From positions 5,408,001 to 5,472,000 of the forward strand of contig OY970166.1 in the NCBI GenBank assembly GCA_963706595.1: 64,000 nt of DNA. Reading direction: 5' to 3'. Numbering within the stretch: position 1 is the stretch's first letter; each line of letters opens with the position of its first letter. Under the pieces are notes generated by a model, which was not told where the DNA came from, made no database searches, and was given only the letters and a program-made list of their open reading frames with translations. This document shows positions 32,283-41,529 of the stretch, piece after piece. The stretch comes from an uncultured cyanobacterium. GTDB taxonomy: Bacteria; Cyanobacteriota; Cyanobacteriia; Cyanobacteriales; Nostocaceae. The position numbers and the translations under genes were made by a program.

Positions 32283-33542
32283 ATGACTTCTACAGCTTCT
32301 CGCGCTAATCTCAAGAATTATACTCTTGTTACCCTTGCCTATTGGGGTTTTACTATTACTGATGGTGCTTTGCGAATGCTGGTACTGCTGTATTTTAACA
32401 GTATTGGCTACACACCATTACAAATCGCTTCTTTATTTCTGTTCTATGAAATATTTGGCGTTGTTACTAACTTTTTAGGCGGTTGGATTGGTTCTCAATT
32501 CGGATTAAAAGTAACTCTTTACGCTGGTATTGGTTTACAGGTTTTCTCAATGGTGATGCTGTCATGGCTAAATCCAGATTGGTCTGAGTGGATAGCTGTG
32601 GGTTATGTAATGGTGGCTCAGGCGTTTTCTGGGGTTGCTAAAGACTTAACCAAAATGAGTTCTAAAAGTGCCATTCGCTTGGTTGTTCCCCAAGAAGCTC
32701 AGTCATCTTTGTTTAAATGGGTAGCAGTGTTAACGGGTTCTAAAAATGCCCTCAAAGGTGTTGGCTTCTTTGTTGGTAGTGTTCTCTTAACTTCCGTTGG
32801 TTTTAAGAATGCTTTATTAATTATGGCCGGGGGATTGTTTTTGATTTTGTTCACTGGGTTAATGTTGCCTAAAGGGATGGGCAAAATCAAGACAAAAGTC
32901 AAATTTAGCCAACTCTTTTCTAAGAGTAAAGAAATTAATATTCTCTCGGCGGCGCGATTTTTTCTCTTTGGTTCACGGGATGTTTGGTTTGTGGTGGGTT
33001 TGCCGGTTTTCTTGCGGGGAACTTTAGGCTGGTCATTTTATCAAGTCGGTGGATTTTTGGCTTGTTGGGTAATTGGCTATGGTGTTATTCAGTTTATAGC
33101 GCCCATGCTCATCCAGCGCTTTGGTTCTGGTCAGCCACCTGGGTCAAAAACTATCCAGTTTTGGACATTTACCCTGACTGCTGTTCCTGGGGCGATCGCC
33201 TTAGCTCTACAATTAGGTGTACCCGGTAATATTGCAATTATTGGCGGACTGCTAGTATTTGGTGTAGTCTTTGCCTTCAATTCCGCCGTGCATTCCTACC
33301 TAGTCTTAGCCTTCACCGATGACGATAAAGTAGCGCTGAACGTTGGCTTCTACTACATGGCTAACTCCGGTGGTCGATTAGCCGGGACAGTCTTATCAGG
33401 ATTAGTCTTTCAATATTTCAACTTCGTGGGTTGTTTGTGGACATCCATGTTCTTAGTCTTAGCAGCCGCATTAGTTACTATTAAACTACCAGATCCCAAA
33501 CCAGCCAAAGCAATTGCTTGGAAAGCCGAAGGTGGAGAATAG
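32283..33542 (+). CDS. arsJ: Organoarsenical efflux MFS transporter ArsJ (likely start ATG 32283)
   Basis: YWGFTITDGALRMLVLL, KDLTKMSSKSA and FLFGSRDVWFVV motifs; upstream in-frame extension is STRR repeat. Confidence 0.88.
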   Translation: MTSTASRANLKNYTLVTLAYWGFTITDGALRMLVLLYFNSIGYTPLQIASLFLFYEIFGVVTNFLGGWIGSQFGLKVTLYAGIGLQVFSMVMLSWLNPDWSEWIAVGYVMVAQAFSGVAKDLTKMSSKSAIRLVVPQEAQSSLFKWVAVLTGSKNALKGVGFFVGSVLLTSVGFKNALLIMAGGLFLILFTGLMLPKGMGKIKTKVKFSQLFSKSKEINILSAARFFLFGSRDVWFVVGLPVFLRGTLGWSFYQVGGFLACWVIGYGVIQFIAPMLIQRFGSGQPPGSKTIQFWTFTLTAVPGAIALALQLGVPGNIAIIGGLLVFGVVFAFNSAVHSYLVLAFTDDDKVALNVGFYYMANSGGRLAGTVLSGLVFQYFNFVGCLWTSMFLVLAAALVTIKLPDPKPAKAIAWKAEGGE

Positions 33543-33703
33543 CAGAATAGGGATTAAGAAAAAAATGCCAGTCCTCGACGCTAAAATAATAAACACTCTC
33601 CTCTTCCTCTTCCCCTCTGCGACTCTGCGCCTCTGCGTGCAATAAATCTTCATTCAGCAACACCCCCATATCCCCCAATCCCTGCAAAGAGCAATTTAGA
33701 TAA

Positions 33704-34852
33704 ATGACTCCAAATCAACACAATAATCAAGCCCCAGTACAAGCCGGGAGTAATCTCAGTTTTTTTGAGAAATACCTCACCGTTTGGGTGTTCTTGTGCA
33801 TCTTGGCAGGAATTGCACTTGGAAGATTATTTCCTGGGGTGGCGGTGGCGCTGGATGCAATGAGTATTTATCAAGTATCAATTCCCATTGCAATATGTCT
33901 GTTTTTCATGATGTACCCGATCATGGTAAAAATTGATTTTACCCAAGCGGTGAATGCTGTTCGCGCCCCCAAACCTGTAATTCTCACCTTGGTGGTTAAC
34001 TGGTTAATTAAACCATTCACAATGGTGGCATTTTCGCAGTTTTTCTTGGGTTGGTTATTTCGTCCATTCATTACAGGTACAGAATTAATTCGTGGGAACG
34101 AAGTAGATATAGCAAATTCCTACATTGCTGGGACAATTTTACTAGGAATTGCCCCTTGTACGGCAATGGTTTTGATGTGGGGATATCTTTCCTACGCTAA
34201 TCAGGGACATACTTTGGTGATGGTGGCAGTTAATTCTCTGCTGATGCTGTTTTTATATGCACCTTTGGGCAGATGGTTATTAGCAGCCAATGATTTAATA
34301 GTGCCTTGGCAAACCATAGTTTTATCGGTGCTAATTTATGTCGGTTTGCCTTTATTAGCGGGAATGTACAGCCGTTATTGGATTTTCAAACACAAAGGTA
34401 GAGAATGGTTTGAAAGGCGGTTTATCAAGTATCTCACTCCAGTTTCAATTACTGCTTTGCTGATTACTTTGGTGTTGTTATTTGCCTTTAAAGGTGAAGT
34501 TATTGTTAAGAATCCCTTACATATTTTATTAATTGCTGTCCCACTATTTATTCAAACTAATTTCATTTTTTTAATTAGTTATGTGGCAGCATTAAAGCTG
34601 AATATAGCTTATGAAGATGCCGCACCAGCAGCATTAATTGGAGCTAGTAATCACTTTGAGGTGGCGATTGCCACGGCTGTAATGTTATTTGGTTTAAATT
34701 CTGGTGCTGCACTTGCGACAGTGGTTGGAGTTTTAATCGAAGTTCCAGTCATGTTGATGTTGGTTGAAGTTTGTAAGCGCACGGCGGCTTGGTTTCCCAG
34801 GGAACCGCAAAAGGCTACATTACGAGATCCCCGTTGTATTAGTAGTTTGTAG
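33704..34852 (+). CDS. acr3: ACR3-family arsenite efflux transporter
   Basis: [18 protein letters not shown] and LIEVPVML motifs. Confidence 0.93.
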   Translation: MTPNQHNNQAPVQAGSNLSFFEKYLTVWVFLCILAGIALGRLFPGVAVALDAMSIYQVSIPIAICLFFMMYPIMVKIDFTQAVNAVRAPKPVILTLVVNWLIKPFTMVAFSQFFLGWLFRPFITGTELIRGNEVDIANSYIAGTILLGIAPCTAMVLMWGYLSYANQGHTLVMVAVNSLLMLFLYAPLGRWLLAANDLIVPWQTIVLSVLIYVGLPLLAGMYSRYWIFKHKGREWFERRFIKYLTPVSITALLITLVLLFAFKGEVIVKNPLHILLIAVPLFIQTNFIFLISYVAALKLNIAYEDAAPAALIGASNHFEVAIATAVMLFGLNSGAALATVVGVLIEVPVMLMLVEVCKRTAAWFPREPQKATLRDPRCISSL

Positions 34853-34860
34853 GCTTGTAA

Positions 34861-34942
34861 ATACAAGAACCCCACCCCCAACCCCCTCCCCGCAAGCGAG
34901 GAGGGGGCTATGATGTACTTCATTCAAGTGCATACCACTATA
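34861..34942 (+). repeat. Partial copy of the MITE at 61266-61371
   Basis: About 80 nt near-identical to 61290-61371; the core also occurs inverted inside the 12558 MITE. Confidence 0.8.
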
Positions 34943-34970
34943 ATTTTAATCAGAAGTAATTACTATTTTC

Positions 34971-35660
34971 ATGACGAATTTTAATCATCCACCGAGAATA
35001 TTGTTTTTATATGGTTCTTTGCGAGAGCGTTCTTATAGTCGCTTGTTAGCAGAAGAAGCGGCGAAAATTATTACAGAGTTTGGTGCAGAAGTGAAGTTTT
35101 TTGATCCTCGTGAATTGCCGATTTATGGCACTGTACCGGATACTCATTCTAAAGTACAGGAATTACGAGAATTGAGTATGTGGTCTGAGGGTCAAGTCTG
35201 GTCTTCTCCTGAGATGCACGGCAATATTACTGGTATTATGAAGAATCAACTTGACTGGATTCCTCTGAGTTTAGGCGCAGTTAGACCAACTCAGGGAAGA
35301 ACATTAGCAATTATGCAAGTAAGCGGTGGTTCTCAGTCTTTTAATACTCTCAATACGCTGCGAATTTTGGGACGGTGGATGCGAATGTTTACAATTCCCA
35401 ATCAGTCTTCGGTGGCAAAAGCTTATCAAGAGTTTAACGAAGATGGTACGATGAAGGAATCTGCTTACCGCGATAGCTTTGCTCGCCGGAGGCATCGCGT
35501 GGTTGATGTGATGGAAGAACTCTATAAATTTACACTTCTATTGCGTGAGCAAGTTGATTATCTCACAGACCGTTATAGCGAACGCAAAGAAGCAGCCGCA
35601 CAAGCAACTATAAAAGTGGCAAATAGTGCGTTGGAAAATTTATCAACAACTATAAATTAA
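34971..35660 (+). CDS. arsH: Arsenical resistance flavoprotein ArsH, carrying a 7-aa insertion
   Basis: [17 protein letters not shown] and [10 protein letters not shown] motifs. Confidence 0.93.
   Translation: MTNFNHPPRILFLYGSLRERSYSRLLAEEAAKIITEFGAEVKFFDPRELPIYGTVPDTHSKVQELRELSMWSEGQVWSSPEMHGNITGIMKNQLDWIPLSLGAVRPTQGRTLAIMQVSGGSQSFNTLNTLRILGRWMRMFTIPNQSSVAKAYQEFNEDGTMKESAYRDSFARRRHRVVDVMEELYKFTLLLREQVDYLTDRYSERKEAAAQATIKVANSALENLSTTIN
35470..35498 (-). repeat. 21-nt SDR5-like element inserted into a HIP1 site, in frame within arsH
   Basis: GCGAT-[AGCTTTGCTCGCCGGAGGCAT]-CGC; removal restores [12 protein letters not shown]. Confidence 0.82.
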
Positions 35661-35726
35661 TCAAATGTTTCTAGGGGAATTCCATTTTCATCAAAATATT
35701 TGTGAGGATTGATTTTTACAAAACTT

Positions 35727-36437
35727 CTACAGTCGATTTTTGGTGGGGATGATAATCATTGAGAAATAGGGGACTTGATCGGGATCAACTTCATCTAGGG
35801 GTACAATTCTTTGTTGTGCCATTGTTGCCCGTTCAATATATAATGCCCGTGATGCCAAACCTAATTGATGTAAAACATCTCGCACTTTGGTAAAATGGCG
35901 ACCTAGTTTCATAATCGCCGCCGCATCGGTTGCTAGTAGGTGGGTGATTAATTCTTCTGCCGGCATGGGGGCTGGGAGAACGGTCATAATATCGTTGTAA
36001 TAAGTGAAGGGTACACCCAAGGCTACAGGACAAGCCATGAGTGAGGAAATTCCCGGCACAACTTCGGTTTCGTAGTATGCAGATAAACGGGTGAAAACAT
36101 ACATAAAAGAACCGTAAAAAAACGGATCACCCTCACACAACACTACTACATCTCTTCCTGCGGCTAGATGTTCGGCGATTGGTTCAACTTCTTTGTCATA
36201 AATTAAATTTGCCTTTTCTGGTTCTAAGGCGCGGGGGAGGTGAAATAATACCTCGATTTGATTGCCGGTGAGGTATGGGGAAACGATCGCTCGCGCTATA
36301 CTTTCTTTATCGACTGCTGACTGATAAGCTACCACAGGGGCGGCTTGTAATAGTCGCAAGGCTTTCAATGTCAATAGTTCGGGATCACCCGGACCGACAC
36401 CAATTCCGTAGAGACGGCCTTTGGTTTGCATATTCAC
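35727..36437 (-). CDS. cobI: Precorrin-2 C20-methyltransferase
   Basis: GVGPGDPELLT, EGDPFFYGS and PYFS motifs. Confidence 0.92.
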   Translation of the reverse strand: MNMQTKGRLYGIGVGPGDPELLTLKALRLLQAAPVVAYQSAVDKESIARAIVSPYLTGNQIEVLFHLPRALEPEKANLIYDKEVEPIAEHLAAGRDVVVLCEGDPFFYGSFMYVFTRLSAYYETEVVPGISSLMACPVALGVPFTYYNDIMTVLPAPMPAEELITHLLATDAAAIMKLGRHFTKVRDVLHQLGLASRALYIERATMAQQRIVPLDEVDPDQVPYFSMIIIPTKNRL

Positions 36438-37060
36438 TCTTCCTCTTTTGCTAGGGCGTTAACGGCGGCGGCGGCGATCGCACTACCACCACGCCGACCA
36501 TGTAAAGTTAAAAATGGTACACCTTTGCTATTTGCGGCTAATGCTGCTTTGGACTCTTCCGCACCCACAAATCCCACGGGAAAACCTAAAATAATCGCTG
36601 GTTTTAGCACTCCTTCTTCCAGCATTTCTAACAGCCGAAATAGTGCTGTCGGTGCATTACCCACTGCTACCACTGCCCCTTCTAAGTGCAATCGCCACAA
36701 TTCCACCGCCGCAGCTGATCTCGTATTACCCAAACGTTTAGCCAGGGCTGGCACTTCTACGTCATAGAGGGTGCAAATAACTTGATTGTTTGCCGGGAGT
36801 CTCTTCCTGGTAATACCTTCGGCAACCATGCGGCAATCACACAAAATCGGCGCACCGGCTGCTAGTGCGGCGCGTCCAGTTTGTACTGCATTTGATGAAT
36901 ATCCCAAGTCGGTGACAATATCAGTCATTCCACAGGCATGAATCAGACGTACTGCGACTTTTGCTACATCGGGTGGCAGTATATCCAGATTGGCTTCGGA
37001 TCTGATAATTGCAAAGGATTTACTGTAAATTTCGTTAGCATCTCGGATGTAGTCAGACAT
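36434..37060 (-). CDS. cobH: Precorrin-8X methylmutase
   Basis: GNAPTAL, PVGFVGAEESK and GRRGGS motifs. Confidence 0.94.
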   Translation of the reverse strand: MSDYIRDANEIYSKSFAIIRSEANLDILPPDVAKVAVRLIHACGMTDIVTDLGYSSNAVQTGRAALAAGAPILCDCRMVAEGITRKRLPANNQVICTLYDVEVPALAKRLGNTRSAAAVELWRLHLEGAVVAVGNAPTALFRLLEMLEEGVLKPAIILGFPVGFVGAEESKAALAANSKGVPFLTLHGRRGGSAIAAAAVNALAKEEE

Positions 37061-37120
37061 GGGAAAATAGTAAATGGTGATTGGTGAATGGTGACTGGGA
37101 ATTGGGGTTCAGAAATAACC

Positions 37121-38584
37121 CTAACTCACTGAGGAGAATAACGGTTGCAATTGGGCAATTTCATATCTATTAACAAATTCTCCAAAGGATTCATCAGGAT
37201 TTCGACGTTGGATTTGATAAACTTGTAACATCTGCCCTAACAATACAGGTAGTTCGGACACAGTGACATATTGATAGAGTTGACGACCAAATTTTTGGTT
37301 GCTTTCACCTTCTCCAAGATAAATGTGATAAGCTCCGAATGTGCCGTTTTCTGATTCTAGGCTGACACCGAGCAAGGTGATATCACTGTGACTATGCTGG
37401 GCGCAAGATTTTTCGCAGCCGCTAAAGTGAATATGCACTGGGTGATTTAAACTAACATGAGTTTCGAGGTACTTTGCTAATACTAAGGCATCACCTTTCG
37501 TATCTGTGGCGGAAGCTGCACAACCTTGATTACCAGAACAGGCAACTAATGCACTATTAATATTACTGGCTGATATATCTAATTTTAAAGCAGCGATGTG
37601 ATTTTTCACATCCCGAAGCGATCGCTCAGGAATATCAGTCAAAAGCAAATTTTGCCAAGGTGTTAGTCTGAGAGTCCCGTTACCAAATTTTTCGGCTAAA
37701 TCAGCTAAACCCCGGATTTGTTGAGTTTCTAGCCTACCTAACGGTAAAACTACGCCAATATAAAATAAGCCTGTCTGACGCTGGGAATGAATGCCGATAT
37801 GTGAATAGTTGGAGTTTAACCTTTTTTCGAGACTGGTTTTTTCAAGCTGTGGCTGGGGGGTGAGGTTAAAATCTAGATGTTGTTCCACTTCTTGAAGATA
37901 ATTTTCACAACCCAATTGATTTAACAACTCTCGCAAACGCAGCTTGCGCCGACTGTTAGGGTCAGTATGATGGAGATAAACATCAGCCAAGGCTACTAAA
38001 ACTGGTAAACATGATTCTGGTAATAAGACAATTCCCATATCAACGGGTGGTTTTCCTTTGACACCGACGCTGAGATATAGCCGAAAGTAAACTTTACCGT
38101 CTATTAAAACAGCAGCAAACATGATATCGTTGAGGCGATCGCACACCGAAACTTTACCACCACCGTCAAAGCAAACACTAAATTTTGCTGATAATCCTGA
38201 TAGCTGAGGATGTGCCGCGATATAATTTTCCCAGTCTTGCACAAAAGGACGAGTATCAATTAATTCTTGGGGATCAATACCAGCAGTGGGGCTGGTCATA
38301 ATATTGCGAATGTGGTCAACTGCAAAATTGCGAGAACCGATGCCAATATTTTGTAAATGCTGGAGAACTGCGCTACTGATTCCCGAACGCAGTTCGCGGA
38401 CTTGGAGGTTGGCGCGGTTGGTGATATCGACATAACCACCCCCATAATTCTCTGCTATATCTGCGATCGCACGATACTGTTTACTATCCAGAATTCCACC
38501 TGGTATTCTGATCCGAGATAATATCCCATCTTGGGCGGGTGTATCATAAAATAATCCAGGACATAAGGCAAAACCGGACAGCAA
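37121..38584 (-). CDS. cobG: Precorrin-3B synthase (nitrite/sulfite reductase fold)
   Basis: CPG..., T.RANLQ, ACSG..GC and SGCEKSC motifs; upstream of cobH-cobI. Confidence 0.88.
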   Translation of the reverse strand: MLSGFALCPGLFYDTPAQDGILSRIRIPGGILDSKQYRAIADIAENYGGGYVDITNRANLQVRELRSGISSAVLQHLQNIGIGSRNFAVDHIRNIMTSPTAGIDPQELIDTRPFVQDWENYIAAHPQLSGLSAKFSVCFDGGGKVSVCDRLNDIMFAAVLIDGKVYFRLYLSVGVKGKPPVDMGIVLLPESCLPVLVALADVYLHHTDPNSRRKLRLRELLNQLGCENYLQEVEQHLDFNLTPQPQLEKTSLEKRLNSNYSHIGIHSQRQTGLFYIGVVLPLGRLETQQIRGLADLAEKFGNGTLRLTPWQNLLLTDIPERSLRDVKNHIAALKLDISASNINSALVACSGNQGCAASATDTKGDALVLAKYLETHVSLNHPVHIHFSGCEKSCAQHSHSDITLLGVSLESENGTFGAYHIYLGEGESNQKFGRQLYQYVTVSELPVLLGQMLQVYQIQRRNPDESFGEFVNRYEIAQLQPLFSSVS

Positions 38585-38650
38585 AACGTTAACTCCTTCC
38601 CTGTGCGACGCAGGTAGTAGATAGTAAGTGTGTCTTTAAGACACTGCTAT

Positions 38651-38775
38651 GGTTGGCGTTCTGACTTGGCAAGTGAAAAAGTCAATTGTTCTGCTTTCGC
38701 TTTACCATTACAGTCTGCGGCACAGTCCCGGAATTTCACCGGAGTTTCCCAACTCTTAGCTCTATTAATTTAACA
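38651..38775 (-). promoter_or_regulatory. Cobalamin riboswitch upstream of cobG
   Basis: Minus strand reads GGGAAACTCCGGTGAAATTCCGGGACTGTGCCGCAGACTGTAA...AAGTCAGAACGCCAACC; 5' boundary uncertain. Confidence 0.85.
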
Positions 38776-38933
38776 TGAGCAGGTGTTAATCTCGCTGAAT
38801 GCTGCCTATGTTTAATAGTAAAAACTCACAAACTAAGGACTGCGGTACTAGAGTCCTCTACTCTACTGGGGGAAACTCTGGTAGCGCAAGTCGCTATAGT
38901 GGAAGTACAATCGCCTGTCTAAACACGGGAGTG

Positions 38934-39143
38934 TCAATTTACTAAATCAACTAAGGTGTCAGGACTGAATCGGACTACAGATGAAACTAAGCATCCACGA
39001 TAATGCTCAGATGTGAATACCGATAACGTGATATTAGTCGTACCTGGTTCTAAGATGCGTTTCACCTTGCAAACTTGCATCTTATTCTTGCAATAGGCAA
39101 TAATGCGATCGCCTGCTTTGACATCCAACGCTTTAATTTTCAA
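38934..39143 (-). CDS. Small hypothetical protein (beta-rich, SH3/KOW-like pattern)
   Basis: 69-aa ORF with DVKAGDRII motif. Confidence 0.5.
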   Translation of the reverse strand: MKIKALDVKAGDRIIAYCKNKMQVCKVKRILEPGTTNITLSVFTSEHYRGCLVSSVVRFSPDTLVDLVN

Positions 39144-39269
39144 TTAATACTCAACCTAATTATGAATTTTAATTAACTCAAGTAAATATATATTGCTATA
39201 TTTTACCTGTTCAACAGTTGTAATGCCTGTTCATTATAACACACGAGTAAAAGTTATAAAAATCAAATT

Positions 39270-39415
39270 TGGGAGTGGGGAGAAGAGGAACGGGTGCAGG
39301 GGGCAGGGGGCAGGGGGCAGGGGAGAAAAAGAATGGTTGTTAAGTAACCGGAAGTTTAAAATAATTTCTTACTCCCCCTTGCTCCCTGCTCCGGTGCGCC
39401 CCTGCTTCTTCTGGG
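39270..39415 (-). repeat. Second copy of the composite repeat at 21026-21314
   Basis: Reverse complement contains GAGCAAGGGGGAGTAAGAAATTATTTTAAACTTCCGGTTACTTAACAACCATTC. Confidence 0.8.
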
Positions 39416-39488
39416 GAGTGGGGAGTGGGGGTGCAGGCTATGTCAACAGAAATCAAATGGGTTCTATTGTTAAATTATTACAGATGCT

Positions 39489-40700
39489 ATGACACGGAAA
39501 TGGCTATCGATTGTGGGGATTGGTGAAGATGGGTTACAAGGTTTAGGTGCGATCGCGCGTTCTCTGATAGACCAAGCTGAAGTGATTTTCGGAGGCGATC
39601 GCCATTTAGCCATGTTACCACCAGATGACCCACGTCAGAAAATAGCCTGGACATCACCCATTAGCACCTCCATAGCCGACATTATCCGTCGTCGGGGTCA
39701 ATCAGTATGTGTCTTAGCCAGTGGCGACCCTTTTTGTTACGGTATCGGTGTCACCCTGACGCGACAAATTCCCCTAGAGGAAATGACGATTATTCCTGCG
39801 CCTTCCACCTTCAGCCTCGCCTGTGCCAAATTGGGATGGTCTTTGACGGAAACAGAAACTTTGAGTTTGTGCGGTCGTCCAGCCTCTTTACTCCAAAGTT
39901 ACATCTATCCCAATGCTAAACTGTTGATTTTGAGTGAAGGCAAAGACACACCTGCAATTGTTGCCGAAATCTTGACAAATCGCGGTTATAGTGCTAGCAA
40001 AATTACCGTTTTAGAACATCTGGGCGGTATTCAGGAGAGAATTGTCGAAGGTACAGCCGCAGATTGGGATAAAAGAGAAATTGCACCGTTGAATGCGATC
40101 GCAGTTGAATGTATTGCTGATGCTGGGGTGATACCTTTACCCAGATTACCAGGATTGCCAGATCATGCTTATCACCATGATGGACAATTAACCAAAAGTG
40201 AAGTCAGGGCGGTGACTTTAGCTAAATTATCTCCTACTCCTGGAGAACTACTGTGGGATGTGGGCGCGGGTTGTGGTTCAATTTCTATCGAATGGATGCG
40301 GACACATTCTCGATGTCAGGCGATCGCTATTGAACAGAATCCAGCTAGACTGGGTTACATAGCCGACAACGCCGCAGCTTTAGGAACTCCACACCTGAAA
40401 ATTATTAGCGGTAAAGCACCATTAATTCTCCAAGATTTACCCACACCTGATGCGATATTTATCGGCGGTGGAGTCACAGCACCAGGGCTTTTTGATATCT
40501 GTTGGAATGCACTGCGTCCGGGTGGGCGGTTAGTAGCTAATGTTGTGACTGTAGAAGGTGAGCAAATTTTATTTAAATGGTATGAGCAGGTTGGTGGTAG
40601 TTTAACTCGGATTGCTATTCAAAGGGCGGAACCTATTGGTAAGTTTTTAGGTTGGCGGGCTATGTCGCCTGTTACTCAATGGAGAGGGATTAAGGATTGA
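39489..40700 (+). CDS. cobL: Precorrin-6Y C5,15-methyltransferase (CbiE-CbiT fusion)
   Basis: IVGIGEDG, LASGDP, QLTKSEVR and WDVGAGCGS motifs. Confidence 0.92.
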   Translation: MTRKWLSIVGIGEDGLQGLGAIARSLIDQAEVIFGGDRHLAMLPPDDPRQKIAWTSPISTSIADIIRRRGQSVCVLASGDPFCYGIGVTLTRQIPLEEMTIIPAPSTFSLACAKLGWSLTETETLSLCGRPASLLQSYIYPNAKLLILSEGKDTPAIVAEILTNRGYSASKITVLEHLGGIQERIVEGTAADWDKREIAPLNAIAVECIADAGVIPLPRLPGLPDHAYHHDGQLTKSEVRAVTLAKLSPTPGELLWDVGAGCGSISIEWMRTHSRCQAIAIEQNPARLGYIADNAAALGTPHLKIISGKAPLILQDLPTPDAIFIGGGVTAPGLFDICWNALRPGGRLVANVVTVEGEQILFKWYEQVGGSLTRIAIQRAEPIGKFLGWRAMSPVTQWRGIKD

Positions 40701-40790
40701 AACGCAAAGGGGCGCGGAGGTAAGCGCAAAGGTACGCGGAGGGTTCTTTCTACCTTTGCGCCTTTGCGTGAAAAAAATTCATATTTAAAA

Positions 40791-41363
40791 TCAGCAATGC
40801 TCAAAAACTACATCTTCGTAAAGTTCTGCCATTGTCGCCTCAAAGTTGATGCTATTTAATAGAAATGACTTTTCTTCTGCTGTGTAAGATTGCAAAACCC
40901 ACAGCCCTTGATCATTGCGGCGAAAACATTCAACGCGCTGACGTTTCGTATTAATTAAAACGTACTCTTGTAGAGTTTCTAGTAGTTGATAGTCAGCGAA
41001 TTTGTCTCCCCGGTCAAAGGCTTCGGTGGAGTCAGATAAAACTTCCACAATTAAAGTAGGAAATCTTTTATAAGCTGGTGTTTCTTGGTCTCTTTGGTCG
41101 CAAGTTACCATCACGTCGGGATAGTAGAAGCGATTTAGTGATTCAATTCTGGCTTTCATATCGGCGATGTAAACGCGACAACCTGAACCACGTACATGAT
41201 TACGAAGGAGCGCAAACAGGTTTCCCGCAATAGTAACATGGGAATCTAGCGCCCCCGCCATTGCGTAGATATAACCATCAATATACTCATGTTTGATGTC
41301 ACTCTCCTCTTCCATCTGTAAGTATTCTTCGGGGGTGACGTAGATTTCCGGGTTAGCAACCAT
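40791..41363 (-). CDS. Uma2 (DUF820) family endonuclease-like protein
   Basis: HEYIDG, YPDVMV and IVEVLSDST..FDRGDK motifs. Confidence 0.9.
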   Translation of the reverse strand: MVANPEIYVTPEEYLQMEEESDIKHEYIDGYIYAMAGALDSHVTIAGNLFALLRNHVRGSGCRVYIADMKARIESLNRFYYPDVMVTCDQRDQETPAYKRFPTLIVEVLSDSTEAFDRGDKFADYQLLETLQEYVLINTKRQRVECFRRNDQGLWVLQSYTAEEKSFLLNSINFEATMAELYEDVVFEHC

Positions 41364-41529
41364 ATTTCAAACCTCAAGGTATAGACTTTATTGCTGGGGT
41401 TTCATCCCCAAGCCAGAAGTAAAAAGTTTTCCTACTATCTAGCATATATAGCAACTGCCAAGGAGGTAGGGAAAATCCTGAATCCTTCCCCCTTGCCCCC
41501 TGCACCCTGCTCCCCTGCCTCTTTTGGTC

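Noticed and set aside
38841..38885. Possible second cobalamin riboswitch on the plus strand (CGGTACTAGAG...GGGGGAAACTCTGGT)
   Set aside because: Resembles only the 5' part; no CTGT/B12-box core follows and there is no same-strand downstream gene
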